Positions 1 to 9,550 of a stretch of 64,000 bases of DNA are shown here, one piece after another. Location: positions 8,374 to 72,373 of the forward strand of contig JBFMGU010000013.1 in NCBI GenBank assembly GCA_040752415.1. The letters run 5' to 3'. The notes below the pieces were generated by a model that saw nothing but the letters and a program-made list of their open reading frames with translations, was not told the origin of the DNA and searched no databases. Positions within the stretch are counted from its first letter, which is position 1. Every line of letters starts with the position of its first letter. This DNA comes from Myxococcota bacterium (GTDB lineage Bacteria; Myxococcota; JACRCW01). A program made the position numbers and the translations under genes.

Positions 1-903
1 GACACCGTTGGTGCAGAGCGTGACTGCTTCGCCCACGGTGTACGTGTCCCCATCCGCGTCGACGTAACCCGTCTGCGCGGCCCAGACCTGGTCATCGTCG
101 TCGTCGCAGTCCGGGCCAATGAGCTCCGACTGGTAGCCGACCGTCGTCACATCCTCGGTGCACAGCTCGGTGGCGGTGGCCTGCGTGTAGCTGTCGCCGT
201 CGGCGTCCAGGAATCCGGTGCGCAGCCGCCACGCGGTCCCGTCGGTGTCCTTGCAGTCATCGGTGGCGGAGCGCGTGGGTTGGTAGCCGGTGGGGAGGGT
301 GTTGCCCGCGCACAGCGTGACCGCCTCTCCCACGGTGTACGTGTCGCCGTCCGCGTCGACGAACGCCTCGTAGGCCCGCCACGCCAGTGGTGCGTTCTCG
401 TCGCAGTCGGGGCCGGCGAAGCAGCCCGGTCCGTGCAGGTCCCCGTCGAGGTCCACGCAGGTGGTCACCGCGCCGTCGACGACGCCCGCGTCCGATGCGC
501 CGCCGCCGCTGGTGCTGGTGCTCGACGAACCACCGCCCGACGACGACGAGGATGCGGCCGCGTTGGACGACGAGACCGCGGCGCCCGAGGAGCTGGCGCC
601 CGCTTCCCCGCTCGACGACGAGGACGAGGCCGCGAAGGAGGACGCCGCCCGGGATGACGACGTCTCCACCACACCGGAGGAACCGCCGTCCCCGGTCAGG
701 AGCACGCAGGTTCCGTCCTGGCACACCGCGCCCGTTTCGCATCCGCCGGTGCAGGTCCGCAGGCACTCCCCCTGCTGGCAGGAATATCCGGTGGTGCAGT
801 CCTCCGCGGACTCACAGCGGTACGTGGCGCCGACGAAGCAGCCCGTCCCCAGCAACGTCAGGCAGACCAGCAGGAACCTGGCGGTGGCGTGGCGCGGCGA
901 CAT
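1..903 (-). CDS. Cys-rich lipoprotein with Ser-rich linker and DxDGD-containing repeats (3' end outside window)
   Basis: Not in the ORF track because it has no stop in the window. ATG at 903 reads MSPRHATARFLLVCLTLLGTGC (lipobox-like), then a Cys-rich module, a poly-Ser linker and ~50-aa repeats (VDADGDTYTVGEAVTLC twice, LDADGDSYTQATATELC once). Confidence 0.75.
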   Translation of the reverse strand, partial: MSPRHATARFLLVCLTLLGTGCFVGATYRCESAEDCTTGYSCQQGECLRTCTGGCETGAVCQDGTCVLLTGDGGSSGVVETSSSRAASSFAASSSSSSGEAGASSSGAAVSSSNAAASSSSSGGGSSSTSTSGGGASDAGVVDGAVTTCVDLDGDLHGPGCFAGPDCDENAPLAWRAYEAFVDADGDTYTVGEAVTLCAGNTLPTGYQPTRSATDDCKDTDGTAWRLRTGFLDADGDSYTQATATELCTEDVTTVGYQSELIGPDCDDDDDQVWAAQTGYVDADGDTYTVGEAVTLCTNGV

Positions 904-998
904 GAGTTGGGGAGCATAGCAGGAGCACACGCCCCGCACGGCCCATCAGCGGGCGACATCTCCCCACCTTGTCGTCGCCACGGTGGGATGAATCGCGG

Positions 999-1967
999 TC
1001 AGCGGTCGCGCTCGACGGAGAACATGGCCAGCGCGCGCAGCACGTTGCTCCGCGCGCCAAACGGCTTGAGCGCCGCCACCGCACGCTCGGCCTGCTCCCG
1101 CGCGCGCTTGCGGGCACCCTCCAGGCCATAGAGCTTCACGTACGTGGTCTTGTCCATGCGCTCGTCGCGACCCACGCCCTTGCCGCCCTTGCCTTCGGTG
1201 TCGGTCACATCCAGCACGTCGTCGGCGATCTGGAACGCGAAGCCCAGCGCGGCGCCGTACTCGCGCAATGCGGCCAACTGTTTCTCATTGGCATCCGCGC
1301 TGAGCCCGCCCATCACCGCGGCAGCCACGAACAGGCGCCCCGTCTTCCGACGGTGGATGGCCGGGAGGTCCACGGTCTTGGGGTCGGCGCCCTCCGCCAT
1401 GACGTCGGCCATCTGGCCACCCACCATGCCAAAGCTGCCCGCGCCCATGGCCAGCTCCCGCACCTGCATCAGCGCACCGTGGCGCGCGCGGGAGACCACG
1501 TTGAACGCGTCGGTGAGCAGCGCGTCGCCGGCCAGGATGGCGGTGGCCTCGTCAAAGGCCTTGTGCACGGTGGGCTGGCCGCGCCGCATGTCGTCGTCAT
1601 CCATGGCGGGGAGGTCGTCGTGGATGAGGCTGTAGGTGTGCACCATCTCCAGCGCGCACGCCCCGGGCATGGCCTGCGGCGCCGTCCCGCCCGCCGCCAC
1701 GCACGCCTCAATGCAGATGATGGGCCGCAGCCGTTTCCCCCCGGCGAGCAGGCTGTGCGCCATGGCGGCCACGAGACGCTGCGGCGGCTTCACCGAGGCG
1801 TGCGCGGGCAGGTCCTTGAGGCTGGCCAGCGTGCGACCGAGCTCGCGGTCGACCTGCTTGGCGCGCCGGGCGATGAGTCCGTTGACGTCGACGGGCTTCT
1901 CGACGCGGGCGCGGGTGGGCTTGCTCTTGCGGGGTGCGGCTTTGGGACGCTTCTGCGTGGTGACCAT
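999..1967 (-). CDS. ispA: Polyprenyl (farnesyl/geranylgeranyl) diphosphate synthase
   Basis: GGKRLRP, HTYSLIHDDLPAMDDDDMRRG (FARM), GQxxD, KTG and FQIADDVLD (SARM); follows xseB. Confidence 0.93.
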   Translation of the reverse strand: MVTTQKRPKAAPRKSKPTRARVEKPVDVNGLIARRAKQVDRELGRTLASLKDLPAHASVKPPQRLVAAMAHSLLAGGKRLRPIICIEACVAAGGTAPQAMPGACALEMVHTYSLIHDDLPAMDDDDMRRGQPTVHKAFDEATAILAGDALLTDAFNVVSRARHGALMQVRELAMGAGSFGMVGGQMADVMAEGADPKTVDLPAIHRRKTGRLFVAAAVMGGLSADANEKQLAALREYGAALGFAFQIADDVLDVTDTEGKGGKGVGRDERMDKTTYVKLYGLEGARKRAREQAERAVAALKPFGARSNVLRALAMFSVERDR

Positions 1968-1994
1968 GGTTGTGCTTCCGTGACGGGTGGGGCT

Positions 1995-2288
1995 TCAGGG
2001 CTCGTTCATGGGACGGGTGGAGCCGTCGCGCATGAGCTGCTCCACGCGGCGTTCCATCTGTTCCAGTCGGGATTGTCCGGCGCGGACCAGGCCCACGCCC
2101 TCCTCGAAGGCGGTGAGCGCGTCCTCGAGCGGGAGGTCTCCGCGCTCCAGCGTGGCGACGATCTGCTCCAGCCGCCCGACGAGCTGATCAAAGCGCTCCG
2201 GCCTCTCCGGCGTACCGCGCTCGACGGGGGGCGGCAGCTCGCTCTCCTGGAAAAGGCCAGTTCCCTGCTCCGGTCGGTTCCGCGCCAC
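1995..2288 (-). CDS. xseB: Exodeoxyribonuclease VII small subunit
   Basis: FDQLVGRLEQIVATLERGDLPLEDALTAFEEGVGL; lies between xseA and ispA. Confidence 0.93.
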   Translation of the reverse strand: MARNRPEQGTGLFQESELPPPVERGTPERPERFDQLVGRLEQIVATLERGDLPLEDALTAFEEGVGLVRAGQSRLEQMERRVEQLMRDGSTRPMNEP

Positions 2289-2291
2289 GGC

Positions 2292-3890
2292 TCACCTCTC
2301 CTTGCGGCCGGTTGAAGGCCCCTGAGAAATCACATCCACCTGCCCTTGCGCCAGCCTGACCTGCAGCCGCTCACCTTGCGGCGCGTCGGCGGGGGCGCGC
2401 ACCACGGCGCCGTCCCGCTCCCGCGTCACCAGCGCGTAGCCGCGGGTCAGCACCGCCAGCGGCGAGAGCGCGTCCAGGCGCGCCGCGCCCTGCATCAAGC
2501 GCCCCTCCGCCCGACGCACGCTGGCCTCCACCGCGGCCTCCATGCGCGCCCGCGCGGAGAGCAACCGCGCCCGCCCCTGCTGCACCTGCGCCGCGGGCGA
2601 GAGCGCCATGAGCCTGCGCTCCAGTCCCTGCTGTCGTTGCTGCGCGCGCGCCAGCGTCTTCTTCAGCGCGCCCTGCAGTCCGTCGTGGGCGGCGGTCAGG
2701 CGTGCGCGCTGCTGGCGCACCCGCACGGCGGGATGGGCGGCGGAGAGGCGGGCCTGGGCCTGCTGGAGACGCTGCTCCTGCGCGCGCAACGCCTTCACCA
2801 ACCCATGACGCGCGCGCTCCTCGGCGTCGTCGAGACGCTGCTGCTGCCGACGGAGCGCCGCGCGCAGGTCGGGCAGCCGCTTCTCCCACTTGAGCAGGCG
2901 GAGCCGCGCCCCGTCGACGCGACCCTGCACCGCGCGCTCCAGCCGGGTGGCGAGCTGGCGCATGCGCTCACGAGCTTGTTGCCGGTCGGGGGCCACCAGC
3001 TCGGCGGCGGCGCTGGGCGTGGGTGCGCGCACGTCGGCAACCCAGTCGGTGATGGTGGTGTCCGTCTCATGGCCCACCGCGCTCACCACCGGCGTGCGAC
3101 ACTGCGCCACCACGCGCGCCAGGTTCTCGTCGTTGAAGGACCAGAGATCCTCGAGCGAGCCGCCGCCGCGTCCCAGGATGATCACGTCGACACGACCGCT
3201 CTGGTCCAACCGGCGCAGCGCATCCGCGATCTCCCAGGCCGCGCCCTGTCCCTGCACGCGCGCGGGGCTCACCACCACGTCCAGGTCGGGAGCACGTCGA
3301 CGGAGGACGGTGAGGATGTCCCGCAGAGCGGCGCCTTCCGGGCTGGTGACCACGCCCACCGCCCGCGGCCACGACGGGAGCGGCTTCTTGCGCGCGCGGT
3401 TGAACAGTCCCTCCGCCTCCAAGCGCGCCTTGAGCGCCTCGTACGCGGCGGCCAGCTCGCCCTCGCCCGTGAGCTGGAGGTGGCCCACCTGCATCTGGAA
3501 CGCGCCGCGCTGCTCATAGAGCGTGACGCGACCGCTGACGGTGAGCTGCATGCCGTCGCGCACCTCGAAGCGCACGAAGCGGTTCTCGGTGGCGAACATG
3601 ACGCAGTTGACGGAGGCGTAGGCGTCCTTGAGCTGGAAGTACCAGTGCCCGGAGCGCTGGGCCTTGAAGTCGCTGACCTCGCCCCTCACCTGCACGCGCG
3701 GGTAACGCCCCTCCAACAGCCCGCGCGCCTCACGACACAGCTCACTGACGCCGTAGATGCGCGGCGCGTTGGGCTGCGGGGCTCCCGTGACGACGGGCGG
3801 ACCGCTGGGCTGGGGTTGGCTGGTGGGCGTTGAGGGCGCAGGGCTGGCCGGCAGGTCGAACAGACTGAGGATGGACCGCGGGCCGGGCAC
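2292..3890 (-). CDS. xseA: Exodeoxyribonuclease VII large subunit
   Basis: GEVSDFK..SGHWYFQLKD OB fold, GVVTSPEGAALRDI, RGGGSLEDLWSFNDE, SAVGHETD, TPSAAAE and LSPLAVLTRGYA. Confidence 0.95.
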   Translation of the reverse strand: MPGPRSILSLFDLPASPAPSTPTSQPQPSGPPVVTGAPQPNAPRIYGVSELCREARGLLEGRYPRVQVRGEVSDFKAQRSGHWYFQLKDAYASVNCVMFATENRFVRFEVRDGMQLTVSGRVTLYEQRGAFQMQVGHLQLTGEGELAAAYEALKARLEAEGLFNRARKKPLPSWPRAVGVVTSPEGAALRDILTVLRRRAPDLDVVVSPARVQGQGAAWEIADALRRLDQSGRVDVIILGRGGGSLEDLWSFNDENLARVVAQCRTPVVSAVGHETDTTITDWVADVRAPTPSAAAELVAPDRQQARERMRQLATRLERAVQGRVDGARLRLLKWEKRLPDLRAALRRQQQRLDDAEERARHGLVKALRAQEQRLQQAQARLSAAHPAVRVRQQRARLTAAHDGLQGALKKTLARAQQRQQGLERRLMALSPAAQVQQGRARLLSARARMEAAVEASVRRAEGRLMQGAARLDALSPLAVLTRGYALVTRERDGAVVRAPADAPQGERLQVRLAQGQVDVISQGPSTGRKER

Positions 3891-3936
3891 GAGGCGACAT
3901 GTAGGAGCGCGGGCACGCCAAAGGCAACCGGCTCCT

Positions 3937-6567
3937 TCACCCGGGTGCGTGTCGACGTCGTCGGGTGGCCAGGAGCAGCAACGCCAGGCCCACCAGCGAC
4001 GGATCCGCCTGGGTGCATCCCGCGCATCCCATCACCGGCGCATCTCCGCCGCTCCCCGGCGCGCCGCCGCTGCTGGTGCTCGCGCCGCCGGAGCTGGCCC
4101 CGCCGGTCGACGACGAGGAGCTGCCCGGATCCACGCAGAGGGCCTTGAACTCCAGGCTCACCAGCCGCTCCGCGATCCGCCCCTGCGAGTCCTCCGCCAC
4201 CACCGCCAGGAAGTGGACACCCTCCTGCGCCTCCGTCCACGAGAAGTGCCGCTGCGTGCCCTCCTGCTCGACGACGCCGTCATTTCCGACGTCGTAGCGG
4301 ATGGTGAGCGTGGTGGTGTCGTGATCGTCGGTGGCGCCGCTGGTGTCGACGTCGACGCTGCTCCCCGCCTGCCCACAGGATGGCACGTCCACGGTGAGCT
4401 CGGGTGGCTCGTTGTTGGCGTCCTCGCCGAAGAGGAGGCGGTGCACATCCAGCCGACCACCACCCCAGGCGTCATTGGGGACCGCGCCGGTGTCGTCATC
4501 ACCCCGGGCGCTCTCCTTGACGCGGACACGCACCTCCGCCGGCGTGAGCCCGGGCTCCTTCTGCAGCAGCAGCGCCACGGCGCCCGCCACCTGCGGCAGC
4601 GCACCGCTGGTGCCATCAAAGACCTGGCAGTGCCCCGGGCCGTTCTGCCCGTCGGGGTAGGCGGCGTAGTGATCGGCGGGCGCGGAGACGGTGATGGTGC
4701 GCTGTCCGTCGATGCGCGGGCCCTTGCCGCTGTAGGAGCTGCGGATCCCCTCCGGCGCGCCGGGCGGCAGCGTGTTCACCTGGAATGCGCCCACCGCCAA
4801 CGCGCTGTCCGCGGTGGAGGGCCACGCCATGCTGCCGGTGTCGTCGTGCGACGGCAGGTCCAGCGCGGTGAAGAACGCGTACATGGTGTCATCCGAGACG
4901 TAGATGAAGACGTCCCGCGTCTCTTGCGAGGTGTTCTGCAGCTCGACCTGGTAGAGGCCCACCGGCACGTTGTCATACGCATTCTGCGCGGCGTTCACGT
5001 AGCCGTAGACGAACCACACCATGCCGGTGTCCCGCGATGAGACGGCGCGCGAGCCGAACATGGCGTGCCGGCCGGTGCCGCCCTCCTGCGTGGCGTCGAT
5101 GATGCTGCCATCCGGCGTCAGCAGCGAGACGTTGACGTCGGCACCGCCCTGCCAGCGCAGGCTCGCGTAGATGGCCTGCATGGTGTAGCCCACCGCGGCG
5201 TAGTCCAGCACATTCACGTCCAACGTCGTGGTCTGGCCGGGCGCGAGCTGGACCCGCGTGCGTCCCTGGTTGCCCGCGAAGTTGTGCGCGGCGGTGGCCT
5301 GCACGGCGCCCCGCGCGTCCAGCTCATCCAACATCTGCTCCCAGTCCCCGCTGCCGTCGGCGAACTCGCCCACCGGCGTCCCGTACTCGTGCACGAAGAT
5401 GTCCGTGCCCTGCTCTTCCGCCCACGCAAACGCAGCGAGCAGGTTCTGCTCATATTCCTCGCCGGTGGCCTCTCCGGGCCCGGAGTCCTGCACCACCATG
5501 AGGAGATCCGCGTCGGTTGCCAGCCCCTGCACCGCGGTGCGGTTGAACACGCCGCCGACGAGGATGCTGGCCACTCCGCTGCCATGGCTGGCGTCGGTGA
5601 TCACCGGCGTCTCGATGAGGTCGATGCCGCGCATGTACGGCACGCCCTCCGACGGACGGTACACGCCCTTGATCTTGCTGCTGCCCAGGCGGAGCAGTTG
5701 CTCACCCACATCCAGCTTTCCGTCGCCATCCACGTCGTCCACCACGAACAGCGGCTCACCGTAGGCGGGCGTGCTCTCGGTGAAACCCGCGCCAACGCCA
5801 TGGTCGCGCTCACCGTTGCCGTTGGTGTCGGCGTAGAGGAAGTGGCGCGCGGCGTTGAAACCGGAGAGCGGCGTCAGCTCGCCATACGCGTCGACGAGGC
5901 CACCGCCCAGCCGCTCCAGCGTCTCCTCCGGGTCGGCCACGCCGTCGCCATCCAGGTCCACCGCGTCGGTCTGCAGGCTGAGCTGCCCGTCGTCATTCAC
6001 GTCGAGCCACGGGTAGCGACCGGCGTCCGCGCGGAAGAAGAGCGGGTGGAACACATCCCCGGCCCCGTCGAGGTCACAGAGCGTGACGCCGGTTCCCTGG
6101 TAGCGGGCTCCCTCCGCGGTACGCTTCCACCACACCGGCGCAACCTGCGTCCAGTTGTGCACGTAGCCCAGCGGATTGTTCGACGGCAGCGGTCGCACCG
6201 TGCGCGGAATGCCGGAGATGCGCACCAGCTTGGGGTGCGAGAGGAGGTGCGGCAACGTCGTCACGTCCAGCCGCGCGCCGTAGAACGGGCCCACGTGCGC
6301 CACGCGACCTTCGAGCATGGCCCACGCCACCCCGGCACGCTGCAGCGCGCGCGTCTCTTCGTCGGTGAGCACCTCACGCATGCGCACCAGCACGGCGCGT
6401 GGCGGGAGATTCTCGTCGGACTTGGCGAGGTGCAGTGCGCGGTTCCACTCCACGCGCAACGTCTCCTGCAGGCGCGGGTGGGGTTTCACGCGGTGGTGTT
6501 GGGTTTCACCTCGAGCCGAGCCCGCAAGGAGGGCACAGGACAGGAGCAGGATGTGTGGCATGCGCAT
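3937..6567 (-). CDS. Secreted S8 (subtilisin-like) serine peptidase with C-terminal PKD-like domain and MYXO-CTERM-like tail
   Basis: Signal peptide; triad motifs GVTLCDLDG, HGSGVASIL and DGTSGALPQVAGAVALL; tail GCAGC...LALLLLATRRRR. Confidence 0.88.
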   Translation of the reverse strand: MRMPHILLLSCALLAGSARGETQHHRVKPHPRLQETLRVEWNRALHLAKSDENLPPRAVLVRMREVLTDEETRALQRAGVAWAMLEGRVAHVGPFYGARLDVTTLPHLLSHPKLVRISGIPRTVRPLPSNNPLGYVHNWTQVAPVWWKRTAEGARYQGTGVTLCDLDGAGDVFHPLFFRADAGRYPWLDVNDDGQLSLQTDAVDLDGDGVADPEETLERLGGGLVDAYGELTPLSGFNAARHFLYADTNGNGERDHGVGAGFTESTPAYGEPLFVVDDVDGDGKLDVGEQLLRLGSSKIKGVYRPSEGVPYMRGIDLIETPVITDASHGSGVASILVGGVFNRTAVQGLATDADLLMVVQDSGPGEATGEEYEQNLLAAFAWAEEQGTDIFVHEYGTPVGEFADGSGDWEQMLDELDARGAVQATAAHNFAGNQGRTRVQLAPGQTTTLDVNVLDYAAVGYTMQAIYASLRWQGGADVNVSLLTPDGSIIDATQEGGTGRHAMFGSRAVSSRDTGMVWFVYGYVNAAQNAYDNVPVGLYQVELQNTSQETRDVFIYVSDDTMYAFFTALDLPSHDDTGSMAWPSTADSALAVGAFQVNTLPPGAPEGIRSSYSGKGPRIDGQRTITVSAPADHYAAYPDGQNGPGHCQVFDGTSGALPQVAGAVALLLQKEPGLTPAEVRVRVKESARGDDDTGAVPNDAWGGGRLDVHRLLFGEDANNEPPELTVDVPSCGQAGSSVDVDTSGATDDHDTTTLTIRYDVGNDGVVEQEGTQRHFSWTEAQEGVHFLAVVAEDSQGRIAERLVSLEFKALCVDPGSSSSSTGGASSGGASTSSGGAPGSGGDAPVMGCAGCTQADPSLVGLALLLLATRRRRHAPG

Positions 6568-6729
6568 GGGGACCCCGGCGTTGGCGGAGCGGGAATCCTA
6601 CACCCACCACGGTTGGAACGACGCATGCCACACCGCGTGCGGGCGGTCCGTGGTTGCGACGCGCAGCGGAATCACCGGGACACCACGCGGCTTATAGCCC
6701 TCACGGGATCACCGTCTGCGGAGAGCGCC

Positions 6730-7203
6730 ATGCACGAGTCGGTTGGACGGTTCGTCGAGCTTGCGCGGATGTATTGCGCGTTCGTGGAGAAGGCCCACAC
6801 CGCTGCACCCGCGGCCCTGCTGCGTGACACGGCACGACACCTGGCCAGCCTCTACGCCGCGGCACTGCAGCTCCCGGACCTGGGCAGCAGCGACGACGCG
6901 GACCCACCCGACGTGCCCACCCCGCGCTGGCCCGGCTTCGCGGAGCACGAGACGTACTGGGAGATCTTCGACCCGGCCAAGGAGGACAAGGCCGTGGTGG
7001 GCTCGCTCACTGACGACGTCATGGACGTATACTCCGACGTGAAGAGCGGCCTGCTGCTGTTGGAGGACCGCAAGCCCTCGGCGGTGGCCAACGCGGTATG
7101 GCACTGGCGGTTCACGCTGGCCACGCACTGGGGTGATCACGCGGTGGACGCGCTGCGCGCGCTGCAACGCGCCCTGCACCGCGCCAGTCGACAACGCGCC
7201 TGA
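6730..7203 (+). CDS. DUF5063-like hypothetical protein
   Basis: 3' part of ORF 5065..7203 from ATG 6730 (GGAG upstream); YWEIFDP...GSLTDDVMDVYSDVK...AVWHWRF...HWGDHAV pattern. Confidence 0.7.
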   Translation: MHESVGRFVELARMYCAFVEKAHTAAPAALLRDTARHLASLYAAALQLPDLGSSDDADPPDVPTPRWPGFAEHETYWEIFDPAKEDKAVVGSLTDDVMDVYSDVKSGLLLLEDRKPSAVANAVWHWRFTLATHWGDHAVDALRALQRALHRASRQRA

Positions 7204-7205
7204 AG

Positions 7206-8384
7206 CTACACCTCGTCCAGCGCCTGCGCGCGCGAGAGGCAGCTCTCAAAGCGCACGTTCACGTTCTTGGCGTACCACGACGTGGAGCGCTCCTTGCTCA
7301 TCTTGGGGCTCTTGATCACCACCTCCGGCACCTGCGCGTAGGGCGCGGCCTTTCCCAGCGTCTTGCGGTACGCCTCCTTCACCACGCGCCACGTCTCGGT
7401 GGCCTCGAAGGACTCCTCCTTCTCGCGCTCCGCGTCCCGGCGCAGCTCCCGCGCGCTCAGCCCCGGCGCGTACTTCCGACGGAACGCATCCAGCGCCTGC
7501 ATGGTCTTCGTCTCGGCGTCGGTGGGGGACTCATTGCGGTCATAGGCCAGCAGGTCCCCGTCGGTGACGAGCTTGATGCCGGTCAGCTCGGAGACCTGCT
7601 TCTGCAGCGCGGCATTTCGTGACGCATAGACCCCCGCGTTGTAGTCGGCGAAGCGGTAGATGGGCTTCTCATACTGCGCGGGATACCCCATGAGGCGCGC
7701 GGTGCCGTAGGAGACGCCGCCCTTCCGCGTGTACAGCGCGTCGCGGATCTCGTCGGGACCACGGCCCCGCTGGCGCCCCACGCGCACCGCGTAGCGCACG
7801 CTCACCTGCATGGAGCCCGCGGTGGTGATGGGGTTCAGGTCCTCGATGTGCGTGGCGGTGAAGATGCCGCCGAGCAGGTTGGCCACCGCGAATGTCGTCG
7901 GAAACTCGTTCTCGTAGTACGCCACGATCTCGCGGAACAGCACGTCCAGGTCCTGCTCCGTCTTCACGTGCTTGAGCCGCTCATGGAAGGGCTGCTTGTG
8001 TCCCTTGGCTTTTCCGTCGAGAAGCGCGCGCAGCGCGGGCTGTCCCAGGGGACCCAGCTTGCTGGCATACGCATCCAGCCGCGCCTGGACGATCTTCGCC
8101 AGCCCGGGCACCACCGGATTGGCCTGGTAGCCCGACTCCTGCTCGATGATCGCCAGCACCGAGCACACGTTGGTGGGCACCGGGGCCAGGCCGTTCTCCT
8201 CCAGCGCGTGCAGCACGTCCTGCGCCCAGCCGCGCCGGTCCTTCACCTTCGGCGGGGTGAGCCGCGCCACCTGCTCGACGGAGAGGCGCTGCACTCCCGG
8301 CGGCACCGCCTCCATGCGACGCGTGGCGCGCGAGCTACACGCCGCCAGCGCAGCCAGCAAGAGCAGCACAAGGGTCCGGCGCAT
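7206..8384 (-). CDS. DUF1615/YaiW-like lipoprotein
   Basis: MRRTLVLLLLAALAAC lipobox; CSVLAIIEQESGYQANPVVPGL, NPITTAGSMQVS, YRFADYNAGVYASRNAA and SPK...STSWYA. Confidence 0.8.
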   Translation of the reverse strand: MRRTLVLLLLAALAACSSRATRRMEAVPPGVQRLSVEQVARLTPPKVKDRRGWAQDVLHALEENGLAPVPTNVCSVLAIIEQESGYQANPVVPGLAKIVQARLDAYASKLGPLGQPALRALLDGKAKGHKQPFHERLKHVKTEQDLDVLFREIVAYYENEFPTTFAVANLLGGIFTATHIEDLNPITTAGSMQVSVRYAVRVGRQRGRGPDEIRDALYTRKGGVSYGTARLMGYPAQYEKPIYRFADYNAGVYASRNAALQKQVSELTGIKLVTDGDLLAYDRNESPTDAETKTMQALDAFRRKYAPGLSARELRRDAEREKEESFEATETWRVVKEAYRKTLGKAAPYAQVPEVVIKSPKMSKERSTSWYAKNVNVRFESCLSRAQALDEV

Positions 8385-8385
8385 G

Positions 8386-9249
8386 TCAGAGAGCGGTGTA
8401 GCGCTGCGCCGCCACGTCCCAGACGCGACGCTGCACGGTGAAGGTCTTCCGGTCCGGGTCGACGTCATAGACGTGGTAGCCGCAACGCAGGTGCAGGTCC
8501 GTGGCGCTGCCGGCGCACACCATGGTGGTCCGCTCCGCCTTCACCACGTAGTGCTTGTGCGTGTGGCCGTGCAGCACCAGGTCGGCGTGACGGTCGCGGG
8601 AATCCAGGATGTCCAGCGCCTCGCGGTAGTCCTCCAGTCCGTGGCTGGTGGCGTCGGGGCGGCCGTTCTCCCGCAGGATGCCGTAGTGCAGCGCCACGAC
8701 GACGAAATCACTCTTCAGCGAGGGATCGGTGAGCATGGCCCGCAGCTCCGAACGCTGCCGTGCACCGAGCAGACCGGAGGAATCCAGCATGGACGTGGGG
8801 CGGTTGGGGTCCAGGCCAATCAGCGTGACGCCGGGCGCCAGCCGCTTGATGAACGGGAAGGTCCCCGTGCCCCCGGCCAGCGACGAGAAATGCGCCTCGA
8901 AGTACTTCTCCGAAGCCGCGCGCGGCGTGTAGCGGTCATGGTTTCCGGGCACCACGGTGTAGCGCTCCGGCTGTTGCATGCGCGCGCCAAAGATGGCCGC
9001 ACAACGTGCAAACTCCGCCACCGTGCTCATGGCGGTGATGTCGCCGGTGCACACGGCGTGGTCCACGCCCTGCGCGTCGACGTCCTCGAGCAGCGTGGCA
9101 ATACGCGCCTCCACGCCCTTGAAATGCCGCGAGCGCCCACCGACGTAGTAGTTGATGGTGCCGGCCATGCGCTTGCCCATCAGCTCGCTGGCCGCCTCGC
9201 TCAGCGGGCTCAACGTCACGTGGATGTCCGAGAAATGCGCCAGCCTCAT
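8386..9249 (-). CDS. Calcineurin-like metallophosphoesterase
   Basis: SDIH, TGDIT, PGNHD, LHY and LHGHTH motifs; start re-picked at MRLAHFSD. Confidence 0.88.
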   Translation of the reverse strand: MRLAHFSDIHVTLSPLSEAASELMGKRMAGTINYYVGGRSRHFKGVEARIATLLEDVDAQGVDHAVCTGDITAMSTVAEFARCAAIFGARMQQPERYTVVPGNHDRYTPRAASEKYFEAHFSSLAGGTGTFPFIKRLAPGVTLIGLDPNRPTSMLDSSGLLGARQRSELRAMLTDPSLKSDFVVVALHYGILRENGRPDATSHGLEDYREALDILDSRDRHADLVLHGHTHKHYVVKAERTTMVCAGSATDLHLRCGYHVYDVDPDRKTFTVQRRVWDVAAQRYTAL

Positions 9250-9550
9250 GCCGCTTCCGCTCTCCGCCGCGCCGCCCCGCAAGTGAGGCGTGACGTCGGA
9301 GAAACACCATAACCCGAAAGGACTGGGCCGCAACCATCGCTGGCGCCCGCGTCAACGCTCTTGCCGAGGCTCCAGCATGGGCGCCACGACGTGGCGGGGT
9401 GACTCGAGGATGGCGTGACGATGTCCTCGCCGGTGGGCGCGTTCTGGCCGCGGCATCCTCCCGTCGGCGGATCGGTCATCCAGCCTCCTCCCTCCGACGG
9501 GGGTCGGGTGACTGATGAGCGCCACGGGAGGGTCTCTCGATACACCATGT

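Noticed and set aside
5065..6729. 5' part of the 712-aa + ORF
   Set aside because: It is antisense to the S8 peptidase; only the part from ATG 6730 looks like a real protein.
9295..9345. CCGAAAGG...GCCGCAA, resembling c-di-GMP-I riboswitch P1/P2
   Set aside because: The GGCAAAC and GCAAAGC motifs and the downstream stem do not match; an Rfam scan would be needed.
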